NCBI GenBank assembly: GCA_045543655.1
Contig: JAZPXN010000084.1
Coordinates: forward strand, 47,326-111,325
Source of the DNA: Eubacteriales bacterium
GTDB lineage: Bacteria; Bacillota; Clostridia; Oscillospirales; UBA644
Direction: 5' to 3'
DNA: 64,000 nt
Positions within the stretch are counted from its first letter, which is position 1; the number at the start of each line of letters is the position of its first letter. Shown here piece by piece: positions 35,492 through 44,818 of this stretch. The notes under the pieces are model-generated. The model worked only from the letters and a program-made list of their open reading frames with translations, did no database searches and had not been told where the DNA came from. The translations under genes and the position numbers were made by a program.

Positions 35492-36757
35492 TTATTTTCC
35501 GGCTTTCAAGGCACGGGCGCCGATGTCCTTGCGCCAGAAAGCGTTTTCAAACGATATCTGTTCCACTGCAGCGTAAGCGGCAGACAGTGCTTCGGGAAGG
35601 GTATCTCCCGTTCCGGTAACGCCGAGCACCCGTCCTCCGGAGGTGAGAAGCTTTCCGTCGGACAGCTTCGCGCCGGCAACGTAGACCCGGTCGGCCACGG
35701 CGTCGGGCAACGCAATCTCGAAGCCGGTCTCGTATTTCTGAGGATACCCGGCGGAGGCCATGACCACGCAGGCGCAGGAGCCTTCCCGGAATTTGACCAT
35801 ATCGGGGGTCAGCGTCCCGTCGGTGGTGGCCTTCATAACGGTAAGAAGATCGCTTTCCAGCAGAGGAAGCACGACCTGGGTTTCGGGATCGCCGAACCGG
35901 CAGTTATATTCAATGACCTTCGGCCCCTTGGGCGTAAGCATCAGACCGAAATAAAGACATCCTTTAAAGGTACGCCCTTCGGCATTCATGGCGTCGACGG
36001 TGGGCTTGAAGATGGTCTTCATGCACTCTTCGGCAAGGTCGGCGGTATAATAGGGATTGGGAGCAACGGTGCCCATACCGCCGGTATTCAGCCCCTCGTC
36101 GTTGTCCAGAGCCCGCTTGTGATCCATGGAGGAAACCATCGGGACCACGGTCTTTCCGTCGGTAAAGGACAGAACGGAGACCTCGGGGCCGGTCAGGAAT
36201 TCTTCGATGACGACCCGGCTTCCGCTTTCGCCGAAGATCTTATCCTCCATCATGGAACGAACGGCGTCAACGGCCTCTTCCCGGGTCATGGCAATGACGA
36301 CGCCCTTCCCGAGAGCAAGCCCGTCGGCTTTGATGACGGTGGGGACGGGGGCGGTTTTCAGATACTCCAGCGCCTTGTCCATTTCGGTAAAAACTTCGTA
36401 TTCTGCGGTGGGAATCCCGTATTTCTTCATCAGATCCTTGGAAAAGACCTTGCTCCCCTCGATGATGGCCGCGTTGGCCTTGGGACCGAAGCAGGGGATG
36501 CCGACTTCGTTCAGAGCGTCCACGCATCCGAGAACCAGGGGGTCGTCGGGAGCGACTACGGCATAATCGATCTTCTGCTCCAGGGCAAACTTCACGATGC
36601 CGTCCAAGTCCTTTGCGCCGATATTGACGCAGGTGGCGTCCCGGGCAATGCCGCCGTTTCCGGGCAGGGCAAAAATTTCGGTCACCTCGGGGTTTTCCCG
36701 AAGCTTTTTGATGATGGCGTGTTCTCTGCCGCCGCCACCAACAACGAGCAATTTCAT
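35492..36757 (-). CDS. purD: phosphoribosylamine--glycine ligase
   Basis: MKLLVVGGGGREHAI N-terminus and ATP-grasp body, 421 aa. Confidence 0.95.
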   Translation of the reverse strand: MKLLVVGGGGREHAIIKKLRENPEVTEIFALPGNGGIARDATCVNIGAKDLDGIVKFALEQKIDYAVVAPDDPLVLGCVDALNEVGIPCFGPKANAAIIEGSKVFSKDLMKKYGIPTAEYEVFTEMDKALEYLKTAPVPTVIKADGLALGKGVVIAMTREEAVDAVRSMMEDKIFGESGSRVVIEEFLTGPEVSVLSFTDGKTVVPMVSSMDHKRALDNDEGLNTGGMGTVAPNPYYTADLAEECMKTIFKPTVDAMNAEGRTFKGCLYFGLMLTPKGPKVIEYNCRFGDPETQVVLPLLESDLLTVMKATTDGTLTPDMVKFREGSCACVVMASAGYPQKYETGFEIALPDAVADRVYVAGAKLSDGKLLTSGGRVLGVTGTGDTLPEALSAAYAAVEQISFENAFWRKDIGARALKAGK

Positions 36758-36814
36758 AAAAAACTCCGTTCTGCCGTCCTCCGACGGCCTGAATATTATT
36801 GTACTAAAATATTT

Positions 36815-37930
36815 TTACTGATAAGAACCGACGAAAGCGCGCATTTTGTAAAAAGCGCCGGTCTCGGAAATATATTCCGCCGTCTGTACGTAGTTATCCC
36901 GCAGCCAGGTACCGTAAATGATGCGATCGGTGCACCAGGAGGCGTAGTTCTCCCCTTCCCAGGAGGTCCCTTTGCCGTAATTGACCTTGGTGACGAAGAA
37001 GTTTCCGTTCAGGTTATTCGAAAAACCCTTCACGTTTTTATCGCTGAGCTTTTTATACTGGGGGAAGGTGAGAATCAGCTTGTTGTTCTCTTTGTCGAAC
37101 CTCTGAACCGCCGCGCCCTCCGTGAGATAAAGATAACGGGAATCGGTATAATCGGCAGACAGATCGTGGCCCCATTCATGGCCCTCCTGCAGTTTGGCGC
37201 CCATGCCGCCGATCTTGCTCAGATATTTATCCTCGCTGTCGGGACGGACGCTGTAAGCAGCAAGCTCGTAATTCCCCAAGGCCCAGAGCACGTCGTATTC
37301 CGGATCCCACAAAACCCCGTGGGCGCCATTGAACTCAAAATCCTTCCACTTGACGTCGGCTTCGTCCCCGCCCTCCGCAAGCACGGAGGTGGTGAAATAG
37401 CGAAGGGTGCATCCGGTGGAATTGGCAACGACGATATCACCGTTGGGCAGAATCTCCACGGAATGGGGATTATTACCGGGATTCTTGTGATACCAGATCT
37501 GCTTCCCTTCGGGATAGGAGATAATGCCAAGGCCGTAACCGCCTCCAAACCGGGCACCGCCGGTGGTGACGATTACGTCACCGAAGACCGTATCCTCCCG
37601 GTATTTCATATCGGCGCCAAGACCGTATTCCGTGGACCAGACGATGGCGTCGTCCAGGGTCCGTCCGGGTTCAACGGAATCCAGATCGTAAACCGACAAA
37701 TCCCCCATATGAGGGCAAGCCATAACAAGATTGGGGGCATCGGGCTTCGATTCCTCTTCCACGTCTTCGTCTTTCGTTTCTTCTTTATCGGAAGATTGGT
37801 CGGAAGCATCAACGGAAGAATCGGAGCCCGGCGCCGCAGAATCGGAGGGCGCCGCTTCGCCTCCGCAGGCGGAAAGGGCAAAGGTCATAACTCCGCAAAG
37901 GAGAAGGGCAAAAATCCGTTTCAGATTCAT
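36815..37930 (-). CDS. secreted lipoprotein, uncharacterised beta-propeller-like family (paralog 1)
   Basis: Signal peptide and lipobox MNLKRIFALLLCGVMTFALSAC, then an acidic Ser/Asp/Glu linker. Family motifs: KYREDTVFGDVIVTTGG, NPHSVEILPNGDIVVANSTG, AHGVLWDPEYDVLWALG, GHDLSADYTDSRYLY, C-terminal FYKMRAFVGSYQ. Confidence 0.85.
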   Translation of the reverse strand: MNLKRIFALLLCGVMTFALSACGGEAAPSDSAAPGSDSSVDASDQSSDKEETKDEDVEEESKPDAPNLVMACPHMGDLSVYDLDSVEPGRTLDDAIVWSTEYGLGADMKYREDTVFGDVIVTTGGARFGGGYGLGIISYPEGKQIWYHKNPGNNPHSVEILPNGDIVVANSTGCTLRYFTTSVLAEGGDEADVKWKDFEFNGAHGVLWDPEYDVLWALGNYELAAYSVRPDSEDKYLSKIGGMGAKLQEGHEWGHDLSADYTDSRYLYLTEGAAVQRFDKENNKLILTFPQYKKLSDKNVKGFSNNLNGNFFVTKVNYGKGTSWEGENYASWCTDRIIYGTWLRDNYVQTAEYISETGAFYKMRAFVGSYQ

Positions 37931-37988
37931 ATTATAAATACCTCCCGCAAAATGCACGGCTCTTGTAGATTATTGTACTAAAATATTT

Positions 37989-39095
37989 TTACTGATAAGA
38001 GCCGACGAAGGCGCGCACCTTATAAAACGCACCGGTCTCGGAAATATATTCCGCCGTCTTCACATAGTTATCCCGCAGCCAGGTGCCGTAAATCACCCGG
38101 TCGGTACACCAGGAGGCATAGTTCTCATCCGCCCAGTCGGTGCCTATTCCGAAATTAACCTTGGAAATGAAGAAATGTCCGTTCCGGTTATTGGAAAAGC
38201 CCTTGACGTTTTTGTCACTGAGCCTATTACTCTGGGGGAAAGAGCGGGCCAGCATGTTCTTCTCCTTGTCAAACCGCTGAACCGCCGCATTCACGGTAAT
38301 ATAGAGATACCGGGTGTCGGTAAAATCGGCAGACAGATCGTGTCCCCCGTCGTAGCCCTTCGCAAGGGAGGCTCCCATGCCGCCGATCTTGTTGAGATAG
38401 GCGCCGGCACTATCGGGACGGACGCGGAAAGCCGCAAGCTCGTAATCGCCCAAGGCCCAGAGCACGTCGTATTCCGGATCCCACAGAACACCGTGGGCAC
38501 CGGTAAACTCGAAATCCTTCCACTTGACGTCGTTCGCCACTCCGCCGTCCGCAAGCACGGAGGTGGTGAAATAGCGCAGAGTACAGCCGGTGGAATTGGC
38601 AATAACGATATCACCGTTGGGCAGAATCTCCACGGAATGGGGATTATCGCCGGCATTCGAGGTTTCCCACAGCAATTTTCCCTCGGGATAGGAGATCATA
38701 GCGGCCTTACCGCCGCCGGTGGTGACGATCACGTCGCCGAAGACGGAATCCTCCCGGTATTTCATATCGCCGCCGTGGCCGTGTTCCGTCGACCAGATAA
38801 TGGCGTCATCCAACGTCCGACCGGGTTCGACGGAATCCAGGTCGTAGATCGAAAGAGGACCGCCTTCGGGACAACCCATGACAAGGTTCGGCTCCGGCTC
38901 TTTGAGATCCGGCGAGGGATCCTCGGAATCCGAAGCGGAATCCACGTTCCCGGATTGAGAAGCATCACTTTCGTCGGAGGTATGGGTTGCGGCCGCAGAA
39001 TCCGTCTCGGCGGGAGCGGGGGTCTCCCCGCAGGCGGAAAGGGCAAGGGTCATAACTCCGCAAAGGAGAAGGGCAAAAATCCGTTTCAGATTCAT
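37989..39095 (-). CDS. secreted lipoprotein, same family (paralog 2)
   Basis: Signal peptide MNLKRIFALLLCGVMTLALSAC and the same motif set. Start at ATG 39095; the longer ORF-track start at 39362 reads through the paralog-3 coding region in another frame. Confidence 0.85.
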   Translation of the reverse strand: MNLKRIFALLLCGVMTLALSACGETPAPAETDSAAATHTSDESDASQSGNVDSASDSEDPSPDLKEPEPNLVMGCPEGGPLSIYDLDSVEPGRTLDDAIIWSTEHGHGGDMKYREDSVFGDVIVTTGGGKAAMISYPEGKLLWETSNAGDNPHSVEILPNGDIVIANSTGCTLRYFTTSVLADGGVANDVKWKDFEFTGAHGVLWDPEYDVLWALGDYELAAFRVRPDSAGAYLNKIGGMGASLAKGYDGGHDLSADFTDTRYLYITVNAAVQRFDKEKNMLARSFPQSNRLSDKNVKGFSNNRNGHFFISKVNFGIGTDWADENYASWCTDRVIYGTWLRDNYVKTAEYISETGAFYKVRAFVGSYQ

Positions 39096-39096
39096 A

Positions 39097-40014
39097 TTAT
39101 AAATACCTCCCGCAAAATGCGCGGCTCTTGTAGTAAGCAGAATGATCGGCGAAATATCGTTTTTCTTCAAAACCTCCGTCGGGAAGACGGCGCACCGTTC
39201 CGATGAAATCAGTACACCAGGGAGCCTTCCACCAGCCCTCGTAGAGCTTCCGCCGCCCCTCGCAGGGGGGAGCGGTGAAAACGAAGGTCCCGTCGGACGT
39301 CTGAGTGAAGGACTTAAAGGAATAGGACTGCAGCGACGTACCGTCGGAAAAGGATCGGTCAAAGGTCCCCGTTTCCTTATCGAAGCGGAGCACGCCCCTG
39401 GCGGGGGTGCAGAACAAATACCGGCTGTCGGTCAGATCGGGAGAGAGATCGTGTCCCGAATTGCCGTATTCCGCCAGAGACCATTTCTTTCCTTCGATGG
39501 GCTCCAGAGTCTGGGAAACGCCTTCGCCGACGATGCGGTAGGCGGCAAGATCCCATTCCCCGATGACCCAAAGGCATTCGTATACGGGATCGTACAGAAC
39601 GCCGTGAGTGCATCCGAAGGGATAAACGTCGAAGGTTGCGGCGGTTTCCCGATCCCCCTGCAGCAACGCAGAGGTGTGGAAGAGCCGGATATCGTTGCCG
39701 GTGGAATTGGCAAGCACGATATTCCCGCCGGGAAGAAGCTCCACGGAATGGGTGTTGCTCCCCGGCTGATCGGTGGACCAAAGAACCTCTCCGGAGGGAT
39801 AAGATATCATGGAAGAGATGCTGCCGGCGGTGAGAAAAACGTCACCGAAAACGGTATTTTCCCGATATTTCATGCCGGCGGCGTGGCCAGAGGGGAAGGA
39901 CTGCACCTCTCCCTGCTCCAGCATTCCCCCTTCGGGGATGCGGGAAAGATCATAGATCACCATCCGCTCCTGCAGCTGATCGTTCCCTACGACGAGCATA
40001 CCAGCGTTTTTCAT
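39097..40014 (-). CDS. same family, signal-peptide-less paralog 3
   Basis: AAGGAG SD upstream. It starts at MKNAGMLVVGNDQLQERMVIYDL, which aligns with the first conserved strand of the mature lipoproteins. Motifs are retained (NTHSVELLPGGNIVLANSTG, THGVLYDPVYECLWVIG, GHDLSPDLTDSRYLF, YYKSRAFCGRYL). Confidence 0.8.
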   Translation of the reverse strand: MKNAGMLVVGNDQLQERMVIYDLSRIPEGGMLEQGEVQSFPSGHAAGMKYRENTVFGDVFLTAGSISSMISYPSGEVLWSTDQPGSNTHSVELLPGGNIVLANSTGNDIRLFHTSALLQGDRETAATFDVYPFGCTHGVLYDPVYECLWVIGEWDLAAYRIVGEGVSQTLEPIEGKKWSLAEYGNSGHDLSPDLTDSRYLFCTPARGVLRFDKETGTFDRSFSDGTSLQSYSFKSFTQTSDGTFVFTAPPCEGRRKLYEGWWKAPWCTDFIGTVRRLPDGGFEEKRYFADHSAYYKSRAFCGRYL

Positions 40015-40045
40015 AGCCTTATCTCCTTGTTATGCCGTGAATACT

Positions 40046-41131
40046 TTATTGATAGCGTCCGCAGAAGGAGCGAATCTTGTAGAAGGCGCTTTCCGTCGCC
40101 ACGTATTCCTTGGTTTCCAGCAGGGTCTTCCCCTTCCGCTCCACGATTTCAAAGTGAACGATGGTGTCGGTCAGCCAGCTTTCCTTCCGGCTATCGGCAA
40201 AGAACTTGCCTTCGCCGCCCAGATCCCCGGTGCGGAAGAAATGATTGGAGGGATTGTTGGAGAAGCCTTTGATCTCTTCGATCTGCATCTTCGTGGAATG
40301 AGCAAAGCCGCCGGCCTTGTTTTCATCCTTATCAAAGCGGAAGACGTTCCCGGCCGTAAAGTAGAGATAACGGGAATCGGTATAGTCGGGCTGGAGATCG
40401 TGACCATAACCGAGGCCCTTGAGACTGCAGCCCATACCGCCCACCTTGGCAAGCTTTTCGGAGGTGCCGGAGCCGGTCACGGCATAAGCAACCAGCTCGT
40501 AGCCGCCAAGCCCCCAAAGCACGTCGTATTCAGGATCCCACAGAACGCCGTGGGCCCCCTCCAATTCGTAATCCTTAAACTTCTGCGCACCGGCGGCATC
40601 CCCCTTCAACAGAGCAGAGGTATAGAAAAACCGCAGGCTGTTGCCGGTGGAGTTGGCAAGCACGATATTGCCGGAGGGCAGGATTTCCACGGAGTGGGTG
40701 TTGTTGCCCGGCTTATCGGTGGACCAGATCTCCCGTCCGGAGGGATATTCGTAGATGGCGGATTTGCTTCCGCCGATGATGACCACGTCACCGAAGACCG
40801 TATCCTCCCGGTATTTCAGACCGGCGGCGTGGCCGGTTTTCACAGACCAGACCTCCACGTCCTCCAGGCTGTCGCCCTCCTCGAACACATCCAGGTCGTA
40901 AACCACGGCCCGCTCCTTGATCTGATCGATGGCGAGCACCAGATTGGGAAAATCTTCCTCGACCTTGCTATCCTCTTCGGAGTCGGAGCTGCCGGAAGAA
41001 GCGGTATCGGACACCTTATCGGAGGTAGCGTTCACGGAAGCGTCGGTATCGGTGGAGGCACCGTTCCCGCCGCAGGCCACAAGACCGAAAACCAGAGCAA
41101 GCGCCAGAAGAAGAACGAGAATCTTTTTCAT
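40046..41131 (-). CDS. secreted lipoprotein, same family (paralog 4)
   Basis: Signal peptide MKKILVLLLALALVFGLVAC, an acidic linker and the same motif set (NTHSVEILPSGNIVLANSTG, AHGVLWDPEYDVLWGLG, GHDLQPDYTDSRYLY, FYKIRSFCGRYQ). Confidence 0.85.
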   Translation of the reverse strand: MKKILVLLLALALVFGLVACGGNGASTDTDASVNATSDKVSDTASSGSSDSEEDSKVEEDFPNLVLAIDQIKERAVVYDLDVFEEGDSLEDVEVWSVKTGHAAGLKYREDTVFGDVVIIGGSKSAIYEYPSGREIWSTDKPGNNTHSVEILPSGNIVLANSTGNSLRFFYTSALLKGDAAGAQKFKDYELEGAHGVLWDPEYDVLWGLGGYELVAYAVTGSGTSEKLAKVGGMGCSLKGLGYGHDLQPDYTDSRYLYFTAGNVFRFDKDENKAGGFAHSTKMQIEEIKGFSNNPSNHFFRTGDLGGEGKFFADSRKESWLTDTIVHFEIVERKGKTLLETKEYVATESAFYKIRSFCGRYQ

Positions 41132-41166
41132 ATTATATATCCCCTCTTTTTTGATAAGCACGCGGA

Positions 41167-42351
41167 TTAGTGGTGGAACAGGCGCATCCCGGTGAAGGCC
41201 ATGGTGATGCCAAGCTCGTCACAACGCTTGATAACCACCGCGTCCCGGATAGAACCGCCGGGTTCTGGGATATAATCGGCGCCGCTGGCGTAGGCGCGCT
41301 GAATATTATCGTCGAAGGGGAAGAAAGCGTCGGAGCCGAGCGAAACGCCCCGGACGGTGGCAAGATGGGCCTTCATCTCTTCCGCGGTGAAGGGCTCGGG
41401 ACGGGAGGTGAAATAGTTCTGCCAGATTCCTTCCGCGCAGACGTCCTCTTCATTCTTGTTGATATAACCGTCGATAACGTTATCCCGGGTGGGACGGGGC
41501 AGATCTTCGATAAAGGGCAGGTTCAGCACCTTATCGGCCTGACGCAGATGCCAGGTATCCGCCTTGCCGCCGGCGAGACGGGTGCAGTGAATTCTCGACT
41601 GCTGGCCGGCGCCTACGCCGATGGCCTGGCCGTCTACGGCGTAGCAGACCGAGTTGGACTGCGTATACTTCAAGGTAATCAGCGCCACGATCAGATCCCG
41701 TTTTGCAGATTCGGGCAGATCCTTCTTGGCGGTAACGATATTGTTCAGCTGGGAGGCGTCGATGCGGTAATCGTTGCGGCCCTGCTCGAAGGTAATGCCG
41801 TAAACCTGCTTATGCTCCACGGCGGCGGGGACGGAATCGGGGTCGATCTTGACCACGTTGTAATTCCCCTTCCGCTTGGTCTTGAGCAATTCCAGAGCCT
41901 CGTCGGTATAACCGGGGGCAATGACGCCGTCGGAAACCTCCCGGAAAATCATCTGAGCGGTCATCAGGTCGCAAACGTCGGAGAGGGCGACCCAGTCCCC
42001 GTAGGAGCACATCCGGTCGGTACCCCGGGCGCGGGCGTAGGCACAGGCCAGAGGATTCTCATCCAGCCCTTCGATATCGTCCACGAAGCAGGCCTTCTTC
42101 AGCTTTTCGGGAAGAGGCGTGCCCACGGCGGCAGAGGTAGGAGAAACGTGCTTAAAAGAAGCGGCGGCGGGAAGCCCCAATGCTTCCTTCAGCTCCTTAA
42201 CCAGCTGCCAGGAGTTGAAGGCGTCGAGGAAATTGATGTAGCCGGGACGGCCGGACAGGATCTCAATGGGAAGGTCACTGCCGTCGTGCATAAAGATCTT
42301 GGCAGGCTTCTGATTGGGGTTACAACCGTATTTCAGTTCAAATTCTTTCAT
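41167..42351 (-). CDS. purH: AICAR formyltransferase (stand-alone AICARFT domain)
   Basis: MKEFELKYGCNPNQ opening and a ~390-aa AICARFT-only form, as seen in Clostridia. Confidence 0.9.
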   Translation of the reverse strand: MKEFELKYGCNPNQKPAKIFMHDGSDLPIEILSGRPGYINFLDAFNSWQLVKELKEALGLPAAASFKHVSPTSAAVGTPLPEKLKKACFVDDIEGLDENPLACAYARARGTDRMCSYGDWVALSDVCDLMTAQMIFREVSDGVIAPGYTDEALELLKTKRKGNYNVVKIDPDSVPAAVEHKQVYGITFEQGRNDYRIDASQLNNIVTAKKDLPESAKRDLIVALITLKYTQSNSVCYAVDGQAIGVGAGQQSRIHCTRLAGGKADTWHLRQADKVLNLPFIEDLPRPTRDNVIDGYINKNEEDVCAEGIWQNYFTSRPEPFTAEEMKAHLATVRGVSLGSDAFFPFDDNIQRAYASGADYIPEPGGSIRDAVVIKRCDELGITMAFTGMRLFHH

Positions 42352-42365
42352 TTCCGTAATCTCCC

Positions 42366-43076
42366 TTACTTATTCTTATTGACGATACGGGTCTCGTTTG
42401 CGCCGGTATCGAGATCGATATAACGGACGAAGAGAGAGACCTTATTGTCTTCGTTCAGATTGTTCCAGATCAGGTCGGTGAGGAAATCGATATCGGTATC
42501 GGGCAGCTCCAGCGTCTTGGGCTCTCCCTCGTAGGAGGGCAGAGGATTGCCGTCGCCGTTGTAGGTATGGATAAACTTGGCCCGACCGTCGATGGGGTTA
42601 TTGTAGGCGTAGGTGAAGCGCTCGCAGGAGGAGTCGTCCCCTTCGGCAGACTTCAGGATGGACATGGCAAAGTTCATCTCCCCCTTTTCGTGATGGATGA
42701 TGCCGGAAATGCGGGGGGTGAAGTTGGGGGCGTCGTCTTCGAATTCCCGGGTGCGCAGAGCCTGCTCAAAGGTCATCTGCTTATCCATCAGATCGTAGAT
42801 CGTATCGGTCTGATCCCCGTTGGTAACGATGGTCTTATTGCCGAGGACCCGGACGGGGTAATAAATGATCAGATGGGGATCGGTCATTTTGGATTCGTCG
42901 AAGGCCTTGGTGCGCATGGCGTCCCCTTCGGCGACGAAAACGCGGTTGCGGCTGTTTTCACTGCGTCCCATAATAAAATAGGCGGTGACGGCCTTGTTAC
43001 CGGACTTTCCGATCATAATACCGCGGCCGTGATAGGCAAGAGAATTGAGTTCGTTTGCTATGGTGGAAATTTTCAT
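42366..43076 (-). CDS. IMP cyclohydrolase (PurO-type)
   Basis: ~236 aa with the NELNSLAYHGRGIMIGKS opening typical of the archaeal-type IMP cyclohydrolase family. Adjacent to the AICARFT gene. Confidence 0.8.
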   Translation of the reverse strand: MKISTIANELNSLAYHGRGIMIGKSGNKAVTAYFIMGRSENSRNRVFVAEGDAMRTKAFDESKMTDPHLIIYYPVRVLGNKTIVTNGDQTDTIYDLMDKQMTFEQALRTREFEDDAPNFTPRISGIIHHEKGEMNFAMSILKSAEGDDSSCERFTYAYNNPIDGRAKFIHTYNGDGNPLPSYEGEPKTLELPDTDIDFLTDLIWNNLNEDNKVSLFVRYIDLDTGANETRIVNKNK

Positions 43077-43097
43077 AACGAGATCTCCTTTCGGACT

Positions 43098-43730
43098 TCA
43101 GTCAATATAAACTTTGTTGTCAGCCACGCGGATCCTTCCTTCACAGAAAAGCTTGACCGCTTCGGGCAAAATCTTCCATTCCGCTTCTTCCATAATGCGC
43201 TGCTGCAGGGATTCGGGGGTATCGTCGGGATAGACGGAAACCGCCTTCTGCAGGATGATGGGGCCGGCGTCACATTCGGGGGTAACGATATGAACCGTAG
43301 CCCCGGAGACCTTGACGCCCTTGGCCAGGGCCGCCTCGTGAACGCGAAGCCCGTAATACCCCTTTCCGCAGAAGGAGGGGATCAGAGCGGGATGAACGTT
43401 GATAATGCGGTTGGGGAAGGCTTCGTAGACCTGCTCGTCGATGATGGTCAAAAACCCTGCAAGGACTACGAGATCGATCTTCTCTTCGGTCAGAGTATCG
43501 GCGAGGGCCTTGGAATAGTCGGCGATGGTCTCGAAGGCCTTACGGGGCAGGACTTTCGCGGGGATTCCGTGGTCCGCCGCCCGCTGAAGGGCGTATACGC
43601 CGGCCTTGGAGGCCACCACGAGGGCAATTTCCCCTCCGCCGAACGTTCCCGCTTCCTGTGCGTCGATCAGGGCCTGAAGATTGGTGCCGCCGCCGGAAAC
43701 CAGGACGGCGATGCGGGTCTTTTTCAGCAT
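43098..43730 (-). CDS. purN: phosphoribosylglycinamide formyltransferase
   Basis: [18 protein letters not shown] and [11 protein letters not shown] motifs. Confidence 0.9.
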   Translation of the reverse strand: MLKKTRIAVLVSGGGTNLQALIDAQEAGTFGGGEIALVVASKAGVYALQRAADHGIPAKVLPRKAFETIADYSKALADTLTEEKIDLVVLAGFLTIIDEQVYEAFPNRIINVHPALIPSFCGKGYYGLRVHEAALAKGVKVSGATVHIVTPECDAGPIILQKAVSVYPDDTPESLQQRIMEEAEWKILPEAVKLFCEGRIRVADNKVYID

Positions 43731-44773
43731 ATAGTCACCTTATCGTCGGACTTGACGATCTCGCCGATGACGTAAGCGTCTTCCCCGTTAGCCTTGGGAA
43801 TCTCAAGGGCGGTATCCACCTCTGCGGCGGGGACGACGATGCTCATGCCGACGCCCATGTTATACGTATTGAACATATCCCGTTCGGGGATGTTGCCGGT
43901 CTTTGCAATCAGATCGAAGATCGGAAGGACCTTGACGGCGCTCTTGTTGATCTTCGCCCCCAGCCCGTCGGGAATGGAGCGGGGAATATTCTCGTAAAAG
44001 CCGCCGCCGGTGATATGGGAGATTCCCTTTACGTCCACCTTTTCCAGCAGAGCGAGCACCGACTTGACGTAGATCTTCGTAGGAACCAGAAGAGCCTCGG
44101 CCACGGTCTTGCCGCCCAGTTCCTCCCGGGGAACGTAAAGATCGGGATTGTTGTTATCGATATCGAAAACCTTCCGGCAAAGGCTGAACCCGTTGGAGTG
44201 AATCCCGGTGGAGGCCAGAGCAATCACCACGTCTCCCTCGGCCATACGGGTATTGTCGAGGATCTTCTTCTTATCCACGATGCCCACCGCAAAGCCGGCA
44301 AGATCGTAATCCTCCACGGGCATCATACCGGGGTGCTCCGCCGTTTCCCCGCCGATGAGGGCGGCGCCGGACTGAACGCAGCCCTCGGCGACCCCGCTGA
44401 CGATAGCGGCAATCTTCTCGGGAACGTTCTTCCCGCAGGCGATATAGTCCAGGAAAAACAGGGGTTTTGCGCCCACGCAAATAATATCGTTCACGCACAT
44501 AGCCACGGCGTCGATCCCGATCGTATCGTGCTTGTCCATAAGAATGGCCAGCTTGACCTTCGTGCCGCAACCGTCGGTCCCGGAGACCAGAACCGGCTCT
44601 TCCATGCCGGCCACGGGCAGCCCGAAGCAGCCCCCGAAGCCACCCACGTCGTCGAGACAGCCCTCGTTTTTGGTGCGGGCCACGTGTTTTTTCATCAGTT
44701 CCACGGCCTTGTAGCCGGCGGTAATATCAACACCGGCGGCGGCGTAACTGTCGGATTTGGATTGAGGATGCAT
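43724..44773 (-). CDS. purM: phosphoribosylformylglycinamidine cyclo-ligase (AIR synthetase)
   Basis: [13 protein letters not shown] motif, 349 aa. Confidence 0.95.
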   Translation of the reverse strand: MHPQSKSDSYAAAGVDITAGYKAVELMKKHVARTKNEGCLDDVGGFGGCFGLPVAGMEEPVLVSGTDGCGTKVKLAILMDKHDTIGIDAVAMCVNDIICVGAKPLFFLDYIACGKNVPEKIAAIVSGVAEGCVQSGAALIGGETAEHPGMMPVEDYDLAGFAVGIVDKKKILDNTRMAEGDVVIALASTGIHSNGFSLCRKVFDIDNNNPDLYVPREELGGKTVAEALLVPTKIYVKSVLALLEKVDVKGISHITGGGFYENIPRSIPDGLGAKINKSAVKVLPIFDLIAKTGNIPERDMFNTYNMGVGMSIVVPAAEVDTALEIPKANGEDAYVIGEIVKSDDKVTIC

Positions 44774-44818
44774 AAGAGATTCTCCTTCCGTCTTTATATC
44801 GGTTAATAGTTTTCTGAA

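Larger units (their letters stand above)
36795..39133. repeat. tandem duplication, two ~1.17-kb units (36795-37968 and 37969-39133)
   Basis: Each unit carries one paralog gene plus identical flanks: attattgtactaaaatatttttactgataag at the 3' side, and ~107 nt spanning the signal peptide, SD and upstream region at the 5' side. Each unit ends in ...cggctcttgtag, which matches the 3' coding end of the third paralog. Confidence 0.9.

Noticed and set aside
31885-35619. 1244-aa ORF on the plus strand, the longest in the window
   Set aside because: It lies exactly antisense to purL and the purD 3' end. Its sequence is G/A/R/P/H-rich and low-complexity with no recognisable motifs or SD. This is a typical shadow ORF in GC-rich DNA, and purL on the minus strand is unambiguous.
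37989-39362. 457-aa version of paralog 2 with a Pro/Arg-rich N-terminal extension
   Set aside because: The extension overlaps the 3' end of paralog 3 in another frame. The lipoprotein signal peptide begins at ATG 39095, which has the same SD context as paralog 1.
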